The notes: generated from the letters alone by a model not told the origin. A stretch of 64,000 nt of DNA from Tubulanus polymorphus (GCF_964204645.1 NC_134026.1:519950-583949); one strand, 5' to 3'. Numbered from the stretch's first letter, positions 13,969 through 27,944 are shown. Translations and numbers: made by a program.

Positions 13969-14924
13969 TTAATCCGTATCTGAATTACTGTTATTTGTCT
14001 CTGTGAATATCAAATTTAGATCTTGTCGAGGTGGGGGTAGAGCTGGAGGTGACGCCGGAGTAGAACTGATATTCAGATTATCGATTAACAAACTCAGATC
14101 CTGTACGTGTAAGTTCTCCGCGGTTCCGCCCTGAGGTGTATTATTCGGCGCTATAGGCGAACTGTCCGTACTCGTCTTTTCCGTTTTTGTATTTCCACCG
14201 ACGGCTTGACGCGTAGGTGGCGTCTTTGTTCCCGATTCCTCCCCGTACGCGCCCTCGCGTTCCGATTCCTGCAACGCGGGGACTATCTTGATTCCGGCGA
14301 TTCCCTTTTTCTCGATCGTTGCGAGATCTCGTTTAACTCGTCTCCGTCGCGACGGGTCGTTCCTCCGAACTTGGATCATATTCTCCAAATCGATTATGTA
14401 CAAAAATCCGGCAATGAGAAGTTCGAAAACTTTTTCCTCGTCTTTCACGTAGCGATCTTCAATTTCCATACTGGTTCTCTGATCGTACTGCCACCAGCCG
14501 TTTCGACCCTCGTAGTACCACTGGTAACCTTCGTGATGCAGCGACAAATCGCGCCATAAATCATCGGTATGAACAAGATTCGGAGTGTTCAGATAATCGA
14601 CCGGTATCTCCTGGCGACATAGAGCGCATCTCTTGCTCTGATTCGCTACGCCTTTTATACACAGGAAACAGAATATATGCGTACACGGCAACTGAACCGG
14701 GTGACTGCAGATCTGAAGACAAACCGGACATTCCGGGATGATATCTACAATAAATACAAATACATATCTTCTAAAAACTTTACTCTCTACTTAACAAGAT
14801 GAATCCAAATTGAGCAGTTTATAGACAGACTATTTTTACCTTGTCCTAGAGTTTTCGTTAATGTTTTACTATCCGTTGATTCTAACTGGTCGTCGAGTGA
14901 TGAATTCACATTTCTAGAAGCCAT
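13969..14924 (-). CDS. RNF146: PAR-dependent E3 ubiquitin ligase RNF146/Iduna (RING plus WWE), 2 coding exons, 286 aa
   Basis: Exons 14840-14924 and 13969-14744 are in frame (861 nt). RING CPVCLQICSHPVQLPCTHIFCFLCIKG...CALCRQ; WWE QWYYEGRNGWWQYDQRTS...LIAGFLYIID...RRRRVKRD. Confidence 0.95.
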
Positions 14925-16115
14925 TTCACCGCTCCAATTGCGTCCTCATCGATCATATATAAACAGCTCTATGGGGAACAAAAACTGTTTTTACGGAGTA
15001 CTACGTCCCGACATTGTCAATCGGGCATTCGACTGGCTGCCGGTCTCTTACCTTCGAGGCAACCAGTCTCTAGACGAAACGCGATTGACGATTGACGATT
15101 ACCGAATGACGATTGACGATTTCCCGACCTTCAAGGCCAGGTGGAGCCTCATCGGGTCGCAGAGAGTTCGTGGATTTCAGGTTTTTGTTGTTTTTATGGC
15201 TTCAATCCGGTAATTATCGAGATTTACTCCTATTTCAACTGATATGTTATTGTCGTTTTATTGACGCGTTATTTTATTGTAGAATTACTCATTGTGATAG
15301 ATTTGAAAGGCTGGAAATCACTGATAACTTACCAATCATGTTAGTTTAGTTAAACAAACTACTTCTAGATGGCGCCACTAGTTATCCGTGTACATTAGCT
15401 GTACATTTCTATTGCATCAGATTATAACCTATTTATCCACTTATCTTTAGATAAATGTTAAGTACATAACATTGAAGATTCACATTTTACCGAGCACACG
15501 GTTTAGCTACTTGTTGGATTTTTGCTGACAGTTTCACATTACTGGAAAAAAGTGAAGTTCATTTATTGTTAGAACTGGTTTTAGTTTTGTAATCGGATAT
15601 TAATGCATAAACGAAGCCCTTATCAATATGAAACGCGTAGCACCTATATTTATGTTACTAAGTTAGGATAAAGATATGTATCGTTGTTAAACCGTCAGGT
15701 ATTCACAGACTGGATACCAAAATGATCCAAAGGATTCCCCTTGGGAACAACAACGTCTTGTGTTGTCTTTCTAGTAATTCTAATCTCTTATCTAGTGGAT
15801 ATTTTTGCAAATGAAGGTAGGTCTATTCAGGATAAGGATATAGATTATCTAAGAATAAATGAGATCAGAGATCAAAGTTTCCAGAATTTGGTTCATGTAA
15901 ATACTACAAAAACTGAGTGCGATTCTATCCAAGGGAACTCAAATAGTGATCACATTCCTAATACCATCGCGGAACTCAAATAGTGATCTGATCACATTCT
16001 CTTAATTCAAATGTTATTGACTGTAATGACAAATAGAAAATTTTTGTTTATTTTTATTACAGACCCGAATCATTGTAACCCAAATCAATGGATGCCAGAT
16101 GAGATTTAAAACATC

Positions 16116-19100
16116 ATGAGTGAACTATTCAATAACCTACAACATGTTTATAGTAAATGGGAGAATCGACCAGATCACAATCAACAAGCATTCAACGATG
16201 TAATGCAAAGAGGCAAGAAAGCATGGAAGACCAGATTCAGCGATGTTGCACCACCGCCTCGGAGAACAACCAAATTTGCTAAACCAAGACGCTTCAAAAA
16301 CCAATCTGTGGTTTGTATATTTGCAAATTGGTTGTTTATTTTTCTGAAGTTTGTAAAAGAATTTAGTTTTAATGATAAAATATTTTGGTTTTTAGGGTGA
16401 GCCATCATCAGGGCCTTATCTTTGTCACTTTAAACATCAACCAACGATAATGCCCGATGAGTATAGGTTTCAGCGTCCTATGATGGGTAGATGTTGTTCT
16501 TGCATGCAGATCAGTAGAGTAAGTAGTTCAACCACCCAGTCTCCCTTAAAAATCTATGAAAGACATTTTTCTTTGTCCAGTTTCATGGGGAGGGGATGAA
16601 ACTGATGTTTTGGTTTAGACACTCTTATATTTTCAACAAGAATCAAAACTCAGTGGTTGGTTAAGTTGATATTGATAACCATTTAAAGCTGTGTCTCAGA
16701 ACAGTGGACTGTGGAAGCTGGAGTTGTGAAGCTTGCATAGCTATAATAGAGAAATTGTTTTCATTTTCAGAATGATTTATACTCTGATGAAATGCCGATA
16801 GAGGGTTTAAAAGACATTCTGAAAGTTGATACAAGGTATATATGTAGTTTCTATCAGTTTAACCTTAACAAAAATTCAAAATCTAAATATCTTTCTACCT
16901 ACTCAATAACATGATTATTTGGTTTGATTTCTAGTGAAATGGGACCAATATCAAGATCTGTTTGTCACTTGGTTTACGCAGTAAAGAGAAATTGTTCGCA
17001 TATTTATCCCGACGTCACTGAAGATGTTCTTCAAAGCAAAAGGTAAAAAGTATAGATTTAGAATTTCATTCTTTTTTAAACTCTCCACATTTGTTTAGAT
17101 ATACCTACCTATTTGTTTTGTCCCCAGGCTGAATGATGCTATTGAAAAAACAGCTTTGCAGATGGTTTCAGGTACAAACATTCCAACGCTGTACAAATCA
17201 ATATTACTTAGGCCTATTCAATAATTTCATATCGTATTTCATTTTATAGAACAAACTGGTGTAAAGTCTGACTCATATGACACTATTTATATGAAATGTC
17301 AGAAAAGAGCATCTCGACTCCTTACAACAATGAAGGCAGTTATATCATTAAGACTTGTTCGGTAGGTGTCTCTAAGAATCTGAGCACCGTATGTTGAGAT
17401 CAGTCAGTCAATATTCCCTGAGATTCATTGAGATTCCTGTTTTACTCATGTAGATTTACAGGCTGGTTCCTATTCAAAGTATTGGGTCGATTACTGTCAT
17501 CAATTATTGTTCACAGAGGACAAATGGAGCAATTAAAACTGGCTACTGAGGTTTGTATTCACAATATTAGTTTCTCGAATATATAACCATATTTAGTGCC
17601 CAGTTGAGTTCCGAGGCACTTTGAATACATATTCATATATGTACACAGTTCCGGGTACCGTGCATACATAATGATAAATAATACAAGTAATAATGTAATA
17701 GGATATCTGGGCCTCGTCTCATGAAAAACTAATTTTAAAAGGTTTCATGCAAAAAAAGCCGTTCGTTCGATAAAACCTTTAACTGTGCTTCTTTTTGAAA
17801 ACACTATAAGCAAAAGTTACAAAAAATACAATATTTCGAGCTTTTTAAACTTCATTTATGATAAGATTATTAAATGGATAACTGAGATACTGAATGATGA
17901 TTTTAGAAACACGATGGTAAACCGATAGTTCTGTTGCCGATGCATCGAAGTCATTTGGATTATATTTTACTGACGTTCGCTCTGTATCAGTACGATATCA
18001 AAGCTCCACATGTAGCAGCTGGAAATAATCTGAATATTCCTGTATTCGGGTTCGTATAATAATCTACTATAGACCTGTCTATGTTAGTTAGTTACCTAAT
18101 CGTCGGTGGTAAGCTTTTTATAATCGGATGGGCTTATACCAACGTTAGGGATGACAAGGGCCAAAACACGGTTGAAAAAAGTAACACTTCAAAAATATAT
18201 TTAGTGGTTTGTGAAAATATCCGATCGTGAAACTGACTATGAATCTCAGTTACGTCTACATCTATATATTTCAGTAAAATACTGAAAGGTCTCGGAGGTT
18301 TTTTTATTCGTCGGAAATTAGATCGTCATCCGAATCGTAAAGATTTCATCTATAGATCTATGTTACACAGTGTAAGTTCATCAACCACTTTATCATAGAG
18401 GCCACTTACCTAGCAATCGGGGAAAGGGCGGAGAATTTCAAATAGTTTCTGTCTATTGTCTTACATATTTGATTGCGTTACTTAAATTCTAAGCTTAGTT
18501 GGAGTCAGGGAGCAAGTCAAATAAAAGTTGCCACCCGGTTATTTCAAATTTCTCAGGCACGAATTTTACTCCTAAGAATTCTAAATTGACTGGTTGTTTT
18601 CAGTATATGCATGAATTAATGCGCGAAGGACAGTATTTAGAATTCTTCATCGAAGGTGGAAGGTCTCGAAGTGGTAAAGCACTCTTTCCTAAAGGTGGCC
18701 TCTTATCTGTAATAATCGATGGTTATCTCGATGGTAAGTAACGTTCAGCTGTAGAGATGTTGATAGTTTATGGATAGTTTGATGTAATATCGTGTGTATT
18801 TTGTAGGTGTTGTAACTGATGTGATGTTAGTGCCGATCAGTATTAGCTATGAACGAGTGTTAGACGGTGAATTTGTATCCGAACAAATGGTTTGTTTTAT
18901 AATCCGCGATTAACGAATTCACAAATGTTTATTAGAAACCTTTGTGTTTTGTTTCATCGTGAGATTCTCTTTTTACGTAGGGCGAGCGCAAGAAACCAGA
19001 AACATTCTGGCGAGCTGTGAAAGCTATCTGGAATGTGTTCATGACTGATTTTGGAAATGTTAGAATCGATGTTTGTCAACCTTTCTCTCTAAAGGTTTGT

Positions 19101-22066
19101 TTCAGTTCATGATTCATACATACCCAGTATCTCAGTCAGATAGATACAGTAATTATTTGTTTGGTATTTGTTAGGAATACGTCCAAGTTAACCAGCATAT
19201 GTTGGTATCTAGCACTAGTCGCAGCAGTCCGAATGGACAGTTACGTCGTACGGGTTTAAATGGAATGAAGGCGTCTGCTAGTTCAGGTTCACTGTACGGA
19301 ACTGATATAGTCATCGATGAACAGCGTCTTCTCGTGAAGAAACTAGCCGAGCATATACTGTTTAGTGAGTATCAGTAATACAGCAATTTAATTACCACGA
19401 ATAAGTTTTGAACGTAGGAAGTGAATACATTTTGTTTATTTGATACATGAAATATTTCATTTGTTATTTTGACATGTTTTCAGATAGTATCCACTCTACA
19501 GCTGTTATGAGTACGAATCTCATAGCATTCATACTTCTTACTATTTATAGACAGGTAAAGAGCGATGTTAGTATTGAGACATTTTACTTCTCCGTTCAGT
19601 ATCGACTATATCTCGTTTATTGTTATATTACCAGGGTACGTCGATATCGAATCTGGTTGAATCAGTGGATTGGATGAGAGTTGAACTCGCTTTACGCGGT
19701 AGAGATGTAGGATTCACTGGTAAATCATTAGATATCGTTCTGTACGCTTGCGATATGCTCGAAAACATCGGCTGCGCTTATACAGACAGAAAGAGGTAAA
19801 ATCAATGAGTACTTTCTGAGTTCAGCTTAGATAAAAGCTTCTTGATCCAAAACTGATTTGAAAGTTTAAGTTCATTAGTTTCCTGCTATAGTTGTTTTAT
19901 TGATATTCAATGTGTGTTGTTTCTAGTGTTGATATGGATTTGGAGAATAATAACTGGGACGCGTTGATGGTTTATCCGAAATTACAAGTGCCGAACATAT
20001 TTCAGCTAACGTATTACTCAAACGCAGTTACATCTGCTTTTCTGATGGAGAGCATCATAGGTGAGAGACACTCCTCTCGCTGTGGTAAAAACAAATTCAT
20101 TCATATCTCATTACTCTTGTTTTTAACCGATTTATATTTTTAGTGACTGCTCTGCGCAGTGCTGTAGATAGTTCTATTCTAGTCAATGTTGATGAAACTA
20201 TAAAAGTGTCGAAGAATTTAGTGATACAAAATGCTAAAATACTGTGCCAGTTTCTAGAATTTGAATTCATATTTGTGCCAGTAAGTATATCTGTATTACT
20301 GTAGTGTAATCTTGTTGTATATCCATGGTTTCCACAGAACCGGAAAATCTTGGGAATTTCAATATGATGTTTTCCAGTTTCTCCGATCTGGAAAATTCAT
20401 TTTACACTTTATATAGCATAGTTCTGGAATGTCAACTGCTTTCCCAAGGGCATCTTTCTTTAGCATTTATTCTTGGAAATTTCCTTCATCCATCAACTAT
20501 TGTCACCTCTTTAGATGTTAACATTCCTGTAGTATGATGGTTTCTTGGGATTTTTGTGAAGATCCCATTTCCATTTGGGGAAATTGGGAAAAAATTATGA
20601 ATAATGAATTCATGTGACAGAACGATGTATATTCGAGGTTTATTTCGTATTTTTAAGAGTTGTACCTCTCTCGAATCTATGATCTACGAAGCATTTCAAC
20701 AGTTGATTACGTCTGAAATTCTACTTGACGAGAAGGTAATGATAAATAATGAAACAATAAACAAACAGCGAATCCGTCGTTGAAATATGGATGATAATTT
20801 TGTTGTTTTTGTCATTAGGAAAACGAAGATCCCGAAAACAGACGTATTGCTAATCATTTAAAATCAACAATGAGTTGGGACGACGATGAATCTGATGAAG
20901 AAGATGATTATATTCAAGATGAATATTATGCTGTAAGATATACCTACATCAATCATACATCACACTTCATTAATATACATTACTACCTGAAGATATGAAT
21001 GTGCAGGTTGTATAACAGCGTTCCTACTAGGTTAGCTAGCGGGAATATTCTCTTTAAACACCAGGCATCGAGAGTTCGAATCTCGGGAAGGACAGATATT
21101 TCTTACTGTGATATTAATTCATTTAGGTATACCGGGTAGCTTATTTAACTTTGGCTCTGCCTTCAGCCTCGTCTTCTATATACCTACATCAATCAGACAT
21201 GATGTAAGCCTCCAGCCTGGTCTTCTATTTCAGTTCTGTTCTATTTATTTTATTTTGTATTTGTTTCAGTTGAATCGAAAGGGAGAAGTTTTTAAAAAGA
21301 AATTTCCGTTTCTGTTGAATATTCTACAGCCGTATGTAGAATGTTATTGGTTGGTTGCGATGTGTTTAGTGAAACTCATTGATTCCGATCTCGAAGGTAA
21401 ATCATCTAGAAATTCTTCATCTATCTCCTCTCTCCCCTCTGTTCTCAATGAAATAAAATAAAGCGAGTGTCTTACTGTTTATGTTCACAGAGGACCAATT
21501 CATGCGGACCATTCAACAAACTGCTCTCGACAGGGTAAATGATCGAATTGCAAACTATGGTAAGCATTTATTATCGATCTTATCTTGAAATTTATCCATA
21601 CGAGAAATCTGGCTTAGAAATCTTCTGATCGGCTACTGATTGTCTGTGAGAGTTTATGCCCCGATACAAATCTGATTTTATGTGTTTTAAAACTCATTAT
21701 TCAGATTTTTGAGTATTGAGTGCAACTCACATAATTCGGATAATTTAGAACCAAAGAACTTAATCCGATTTATGAGAAATCCAGATTAAACATCATTTGT
21801 TATATACATACCATTTATGTATAAGTGGATTGTAACTAATCTGGATTAGAGCAAATCTATCGACGCTGGTTTGACTTAATATGTGTTTTTCAGTGGAAAC
21901 CTGTTCACACGAGATGATTAAAACAGCTCTACGAATGTTACAGGAACAGAAAATCACCGAGATTTATTACATAGGAAACGCGAGGATGATTAGTTTATGT
22001 GATTCATATAATTCACTGGACGATCTCAATCAGTATATTAGTACTATTGAAATGTTTAAAACATAA
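16116..22066 (+). CDS. GPAM: Glycerol-3-phosphate acyltransferase 1, mitochondrial type, ~20 short exons
   Basis: N-terminal RPMMGRCCSC (exon 16396-16518); acyltransferase motif I LPMHRSHLDY (~17930-17965); motif II GGFFIRRK (~18295); motif III FFIEGGRSRSGK (~18645); motif IV VPISISYE (~18830). Last exon ends TAA at 22064-22066. Head-to-head with RNF146. Internal junctions were not all enumerated. Confidence 0.92.
18084..18239. mobile_element. Internally deleted copy of the 3321-4172 element
   Basis: Near-identical to 3322-3437, joined to sequence matching 4116-4146 and ending in actgacta. Confidence 0.65.
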
Positions 22067-23875
22067 ATCATCACCTGCTCACCGTGACTAGCACGATGGA
22101 TCCAGTTCAGCAGTTTTCAGTTTAGATTCTTGAGTTAAAACAAATGTTTTAACTGTATCGAACTTACGGGAAAACTGTTGAACCGGTTCCTGGTTTAACC
22201 ATGACCCAAATACTAGTATATACTAATATAATATCAGTAAGATACTTGCATGTTTTGCTCACATGCACATGTCAATCAAATCATACGAGATACACACTCG
22301 TAACAGGCAGCTCAGTCAGGAGGGGGGTTTAATATTAAACCAGGCTCAGGTTGACTAATGACACGATCTGATTGTCTTGAAAGGAACAGCGATTGTACAC
22401 ACATGTGACCGCTGTTCGCTGATTGGTTTGTCTCACGATCTCCGGGTCGATCATCGCCCAGTTTCTAAGTCATGTGATGTAAAACTCGTCAGCAATCCTA
22501 TCGGGTCGTAGTAGAACTTGTTCTATCCTCGTGATTCCGCTTACAATCAGTCTGCAATCAATACGTTGTGGTCGTAAGTAAACTCACATGTCTAAACGGT
22601 TCCTGATGAAATTCACTGACTCGCTTGCCGCCTTATGTTCTGATCGGATATTAGTCGACCTGTGCTTGGCTTTAGAAATTTGTTTTTGTTTGCAGATAAA
22701 GAGATTAGTATGAGACTTTATTCTTAGAGTTGTTTATAGAAGTTAATGGATGGAATTTCAGTCATGTAAATCTAAGAAATGAGTTAAATGCCTTATATTA
22801 TATATTATGGGTCGTATTATATACTTTGGGGAACATTAAAACATTTGTATATATATTTATGGATAAAAATTATGTTTAAAGTAACTGAAAAACCTTGTTC
22901 TGGAAATAAGTGAATACAGTAGTGGATTTGTTGTACATATACACGTAAAATGCTGTAATTCACAACCAATTTCACAATATCAAGTACCGTATGTGATTTA
23001 AAATTACAGGTACTCGCATAACAAACTTCTTCAATACAAAAGCATAGTGTTCCATTGTACATGTATCACTGGGCACATGTTTTGTATTCCAGTTCACAGT
23101 ATGTGCTAAATTTTGTAGACTCAATTTCAAATAAATATTGTTTAAAATGAGGAAATGGTGTTATTTGGCTCTTAGGGTTAGGGTTAAATAGTGACCATCT
23201 CTTGACCGCCCAAAACCCTTGGATTAGTGCTTCTTCAAGTACACCTGATCTTCCATTATTGAGCGTAAGCAATAAAATCTTATTTTGGTTAAAATTGTTT
23301 ATTAGATAAAAGATTTTTGTGAGCAAAAACATCTAAATCCTTTCAAATTCATACAAGGCCCAATAAAGGGGTTAGCACCCGAATCTATAAACCCCTTTAT
23401 TCAGTCTTGATTGGTTGAAAAGGATATGATAAAAAACAGTGATATTAACAACATTTACTTTCAGAGGAATAAATAACGTCCAGCATTCGTAGAGAATTAA
23501 CGTAAGGAAGGAATGTACTGAGTTGAATAAACAACACATATAAAATGACTAGATACATTAGAATATAATACTTAAACAAAAAACATTATCACACATTAAT
23601 TATACACGTATAAAACCAGATTTTGAGAAAAATAGTTTCCATAGAGATTCAAAGATTTTGATGCACAAAAACGAGTGCTCTACTTATTATTCAGAAAGAA
23701 AACATCTTCAAGCTATCATCAATCAGTGTTCGAAGTAGTCTCGCGAATGTTTGTTTTCTAGTTTTTCGATATTTTTGTGTCTAGACGGTTTGTTTTATCT
23801 TCATTGATATCAGATAGCAAATATAAGTAAATAACACAGAACAAAAATCTCAATCGTAGTCGTCTAAATATGATC

Positions 23876-26317
23876 TTATATCGGCACAGTTTCTGGACAA
23901 GTTTGAGTAGATTCCTGCGAATGTCGATCGGTTAAACATACTTCAAACTGTTTCGGCAGAATAACAAAGTTTATATATTCACCTTCCGTATCTAATGAGG
24001 TTTTTCCGTTATTTAAAACGGGAGCTACGTTCAACTGATGTAAAATACAAGTTATGAACAGGAATATTGTCGCGTCTGAGATAGCCGGACCTAAACACTT
24101 CCTACGACCCTCGCTGTAGGGCATGAAATAATCAGGAACTCGCACCTTCTTATCGGTCGTCAAAAACCTGAAGAAAATAAAAGGGGTTTTAGATACCTTT
24201 AATTTCTGTTTAGAAGGAGTCGTAATAAAACATGATCTCGATGAATTCTGATGATCACAGTCTGTCTTACCTCTCGGGATCAAATTCGCCGGGTTTCGTC
24301 CACCATCTGCGATCATGATTCAAACTCCAGAAATTGAATAGAATATTCGTCCCTTCGGGTAAATCATAACCTGAAGAAGTAATTTCACAATATCAACAAG
24401 GCTTGTAAGGCTTTCACTGGGAAAATGTTGTGTAGCAAGTATCAGCTATTTTATGTCAAGTTCTTGGATGAAAGTCATTCTTGCTTCCCTGGGTTTGATT
24501 GCCTCCTGCCAAAGCTCATGTCAACTCAAACGCTTCATTGGTCTATTACAGGTTTCCCTCAGTGGCCAGCAGTCTATGTATCTAGCCAATCAGATGCATT
24601 GTGTTTCACCAGCAGATTCACTATGCATCTGATTGGCTAGATATAAAGACTGGTGGCTGCCGAGCAGCAACTTGTCTTCCAAAGAAATCGTTGGCAACTC
24701 AATTGTGGCCAGGGTTTGAGTAGCAAGCGAGGATGGATGAAAGTCTACGAACCTTGAAATTTAGTAGCGGTAATGGTTTTATGCGGCAAGCCGAACGGCA
24801 TCACGGTTACCATTCTCTGTATTTCCAGTATAGTCGCGAACGTATACGGCATCATCGGACGATCTTCCAAACACGGGAACCGTTCCGCTCCAACGACTTC
24901 ATCGATCTCCTCGTGAACTCTGCGCTGAATATCGGGATAATTAGCGAGATAAACGAGCGCCCATTCCAGAGTGGCGGTGATTGGCTCAAAACTGTGACCT
25001 ATTAAATCTAACAATACGTAATAAATATCGGAGTCGTTTAAAACGCCTAAATCTACGTTCTGATCGAGCTGGTACAAAAACGAATCTAAAACGTCGTTTA
25101 ACTCGTCAGGATCGTACAGGTCTTTATGATCGTTTATTTGATCGGTCGGGAATTCTTTCACTAGCTGGCAGCTCATCTGTAACGCGGTAGCTTTCATACA
25201 CGGTCCGAACACTTGTAGCATCGGTAGATAATCGGCTTTAAGCGAGTACGCCGACTTGAAACGAATATCGAAAATATACAACAATTTTATGAATAGTTGA
25301 TCGTTGTATTCAAACTGTACATTGAATACGATCCAAGTTAAAACGTTGAAAATTCCGCACGAGATTAAATCTCTCGGATTCAGCGGCGTACCGACATGCG
25401 ATTGGAATTCCCACGCTAGTTTATAGAGACCTTCCGTGATTTTATCGTCGATTTGAGGAGACATGATTTTACCGATGTAGATACAGTCGTGAAGAATCGC
25501 TTTCTTACGCTGGAATTTATCCGTATAGTCAGACATTATGACACCTGCAAGGAAGATATAATAGATATCATTCACTAGTTTCTGAATCCCGAACCTTTAC
25601 CCTCTAGACTCTGAACCATAAAAACCACAGGGGCTCGTATCAGAGTTGTAGGTAATGTAAAAACGATAATCTGTTAATCCTATGTCTATAGAAGTATATA
25701 TAAAATAACAGTTATTATAGGCCTATAATATAATAGTTATTTTATAATACTTCAGACATAGGATTAAGATATAATCATTTTTACATTACCTACAACTCTG
25801 ATATGAGCCCCTGTGATAAAAACAGATGAGATGAAATGATGTATAGAGTTTTCTATATTTTCTTACCATTTTGACGGTTGCCTTTGTAAAGGATATTGGC
25901 TGAGACGGAATCAGGTCGGTCGCACATCACAGCTCCCTTCTTCAACAATCCCTCTTCAATACCCTGCTTAGAACACACAACTACGACTTTCTTCTGCCCG
26001 ATATTAATACGATAAATATTTCCAAACTGTCTTCGAAGCAGAGTTAACAAGATGTGAGGATTGACTTTCGTGAATTTGTGGAGGCTTCCGAATATGGGCC
26101 ATCCCTGGACATATTTCATTCGTTTCTTGTTGAACATATTTTGTAGGTAAATTACACTGAGAATTATTACTAAAATCGACAGCGTCACCTTCAAAATGAT
26201 TCCTGTATCGTTAAACCCGTAACTGTCAAAGAATTGCGGGCGGGGTCGCATCGGTATGAAAGGTTTTTCATTGTCAAATTCGATGAATTCATCCCACTCG
26301 TCATTACTGTCAGCCAT
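23876..26317 (-). CDS. Cytochrome P450, clan 2 (CYP1/CYP17/CYP2-like), atypical I-helix, 4 exons, ~544 aa
   Basis: Exons 25867-26317, 24753-25544, 24271-24370 and 23876-24167 are in frame (1635 nt). Membrane anchor followed by GWPIFGSL; K-helix EIQR; PERF split by an intron; heme motif YSEGRRKCLG. Confidence 0.92.
25627..25815. mobile_element. Fold-back MITE in P450 intron 1
   Basis: cacaggggctcgtatcagagttgtaggtaatgtaaaa ... ttttacattacctacaactctgatatgagcccctgtg; arms remain complementary (ttaatcctatgtct / agacataggattaa) almost to the centre. Confidence 0.8.
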
Positions 26318-26477
26318 GATTACCGCTACACCAGGAGGTGCTGCCACTGTCCAGAGCGGTGGACGCTTACACTACACAAGGAGTAGACTGGTTGCCGGTC
26401 ATATGTCGTATCTCGTATGTTGCATCTCATATCTCGAATGTCGTCTGAGGTCTTCGATAGTTGTTTATATTTTGTAG

Positions 26478-27813
26478 GTGAGTTTCAATATAGATGTAGT
26501 GAACCTGGTTGTGATTACAGCTGTCTTCAAAAACATTCATTACACACACATCTCATGAAACATACAGGCACTTATTACTCATGTCTATTTCAACCTGACT
26601 TAAGAGCATTCCATCCATGGTTTGGAAACATATTGTTAAACTTTCCAAATCATGGAGTCACTTCTCTTCATTTAGGCTAACCCCTTTCAGTGAAGACTTT
26701 TTGGATATCCTTCAATACAGTTTCTAATGGATTAAAAATGATGATTTAGGTCAACTGCCTCTCCTTTCTGGTCCCATTCAGACCTTTATCAGGTATGTAC
26801 TACCAAAACTGACTGAGCTAGGCCAACCGGAATGATCTCAAGTCAGGTTGAAATAGACATTAGATCAATCTGCAGCCTGGATACTGTACCCCTCAGCCTG
26901 GTACCAATCATCCGGGAAACTGTTGTACCCCTCAGCCTTGACCGTGTACCCCTCAGCCTGGATACTGTACCCCTCAGCCTGGACCGTGTACCCCTCAGTC
27001 TTGACCGTGTACCCCTCAGCCTGGACCGTGTACCCCTCAGCCTGGACCCTGTACCCCTCAGCCTTGACCGTGTACCCCTCAGCCTGGACCGTGTACCCCT
27101 CAGCCTGGATACTGTACCCCTCAGCCTGGACCGTGTACCCCTCAGTCTTGACCGTGTACCCCTCAGCCTGGACCGTGTACCTTTCAGCCTGGACCGTGTA
27201 CCCCTCAGCCTTGACCGTGTACCCCTCAGCCTGGACCGTGTACCCCTCAGCCTGGACCGTGTACCCCTCAGCCTGGACCGTGTACCCCTCAGCCTGGATA
27301 CTGTACCCCTCAGCCTGAACCCTGTACCCCTCAGCCTGGACCCTGTACCCCTCAGCCTGGACCCTGTACCCCTCAGCCTGAACCGTGTACCCCTCAGCCT
27401 GGATACTGTACCCCTCAGCCTTAACCCTGTACCCCTCAGCCTGAACTCTGTACCCCTCAGCCTGGACCGTGTACCCCTCAGCCTTGACCGTGTACCCCTC
27501 AGCCTTGTCAAATCGGAATCGATTCATATATCGAGACGAGTAACGAGGAGTAGATCGTGAAACTCGGGATTAGATACGAACAATCTGAGAGTGGAAACGC
27601 TACGGAATCTATAGATCAGTGTAAACTATTAGAGTATAGGGGGCGCTATTAGAGTATGATGTACGCGAAGATGAAGAGATTTGTACTTTACAATGTTCAC
27701 TGTGTAATTTCACTTGTCACTCTGATTCATCTTTAACTTTACATCAATTGAATTTTTATTCTAACGGTCACATACAAATAGTCGGCAATTATGAACATTT
27801 TACTCAGTTCTAG
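26478..27813 (+). pseudogene. Orphan 3' fragment of a C2H2 zinc-finger gene
   Basis: 90-nt phase 1-1 exon 26478-26567 after tttgtag encodes (G)EFQYRCSEPGCDYSCLQKHSLHTHLMKHT(G). A degenerate terminal segment ~27510-27813 has an in-frame TAG, a ctattagagtat duplication that shifts frame, and LQCSLCNFTCHSDSSLTLHQLNFY. AATAAA at 27897. Confidence 0.6.
26870..27506. repeat. 21-bp minisatellite (~30 copies)
   Basis: Unit (c)gtgtacccctcagcctggacc repeated with minor variants; explains the LSLDRVP, RLRGTRS and AEGYTVQ ORFs. Confidence 0.95.
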
Positions 27814-27944
27814 TAAATAGTAATAGTCAATGTGTGTGTTTAAGGGTTTTGTTGCTCAAGTAACTGTTCATCGATCTTTCATTTTGTAAAAATTAGAATA
27901 AACATGTTTTCCTGAAGTTATGAGTCATTGATTTTTGTATCTGT

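Noticed and set aside
21017-21095. tRNA-like segment with gagttcgaatctc
   Set aside because: B-box only, too degenerate for a tRNA call; at most a SINE remnant in a GPAM intron.
23171-23187. Telomere-like ttagggttagggtta
   Set aside because: Only about 2.5 units; not an interstitial telomeric array.
26832-27560. LRR-like (PLSLDRV)n and other repeat ORFs on both strands
   Set aside because: Translations of a 21-bp minisatellite, with no non-repetitive domain or splice support.
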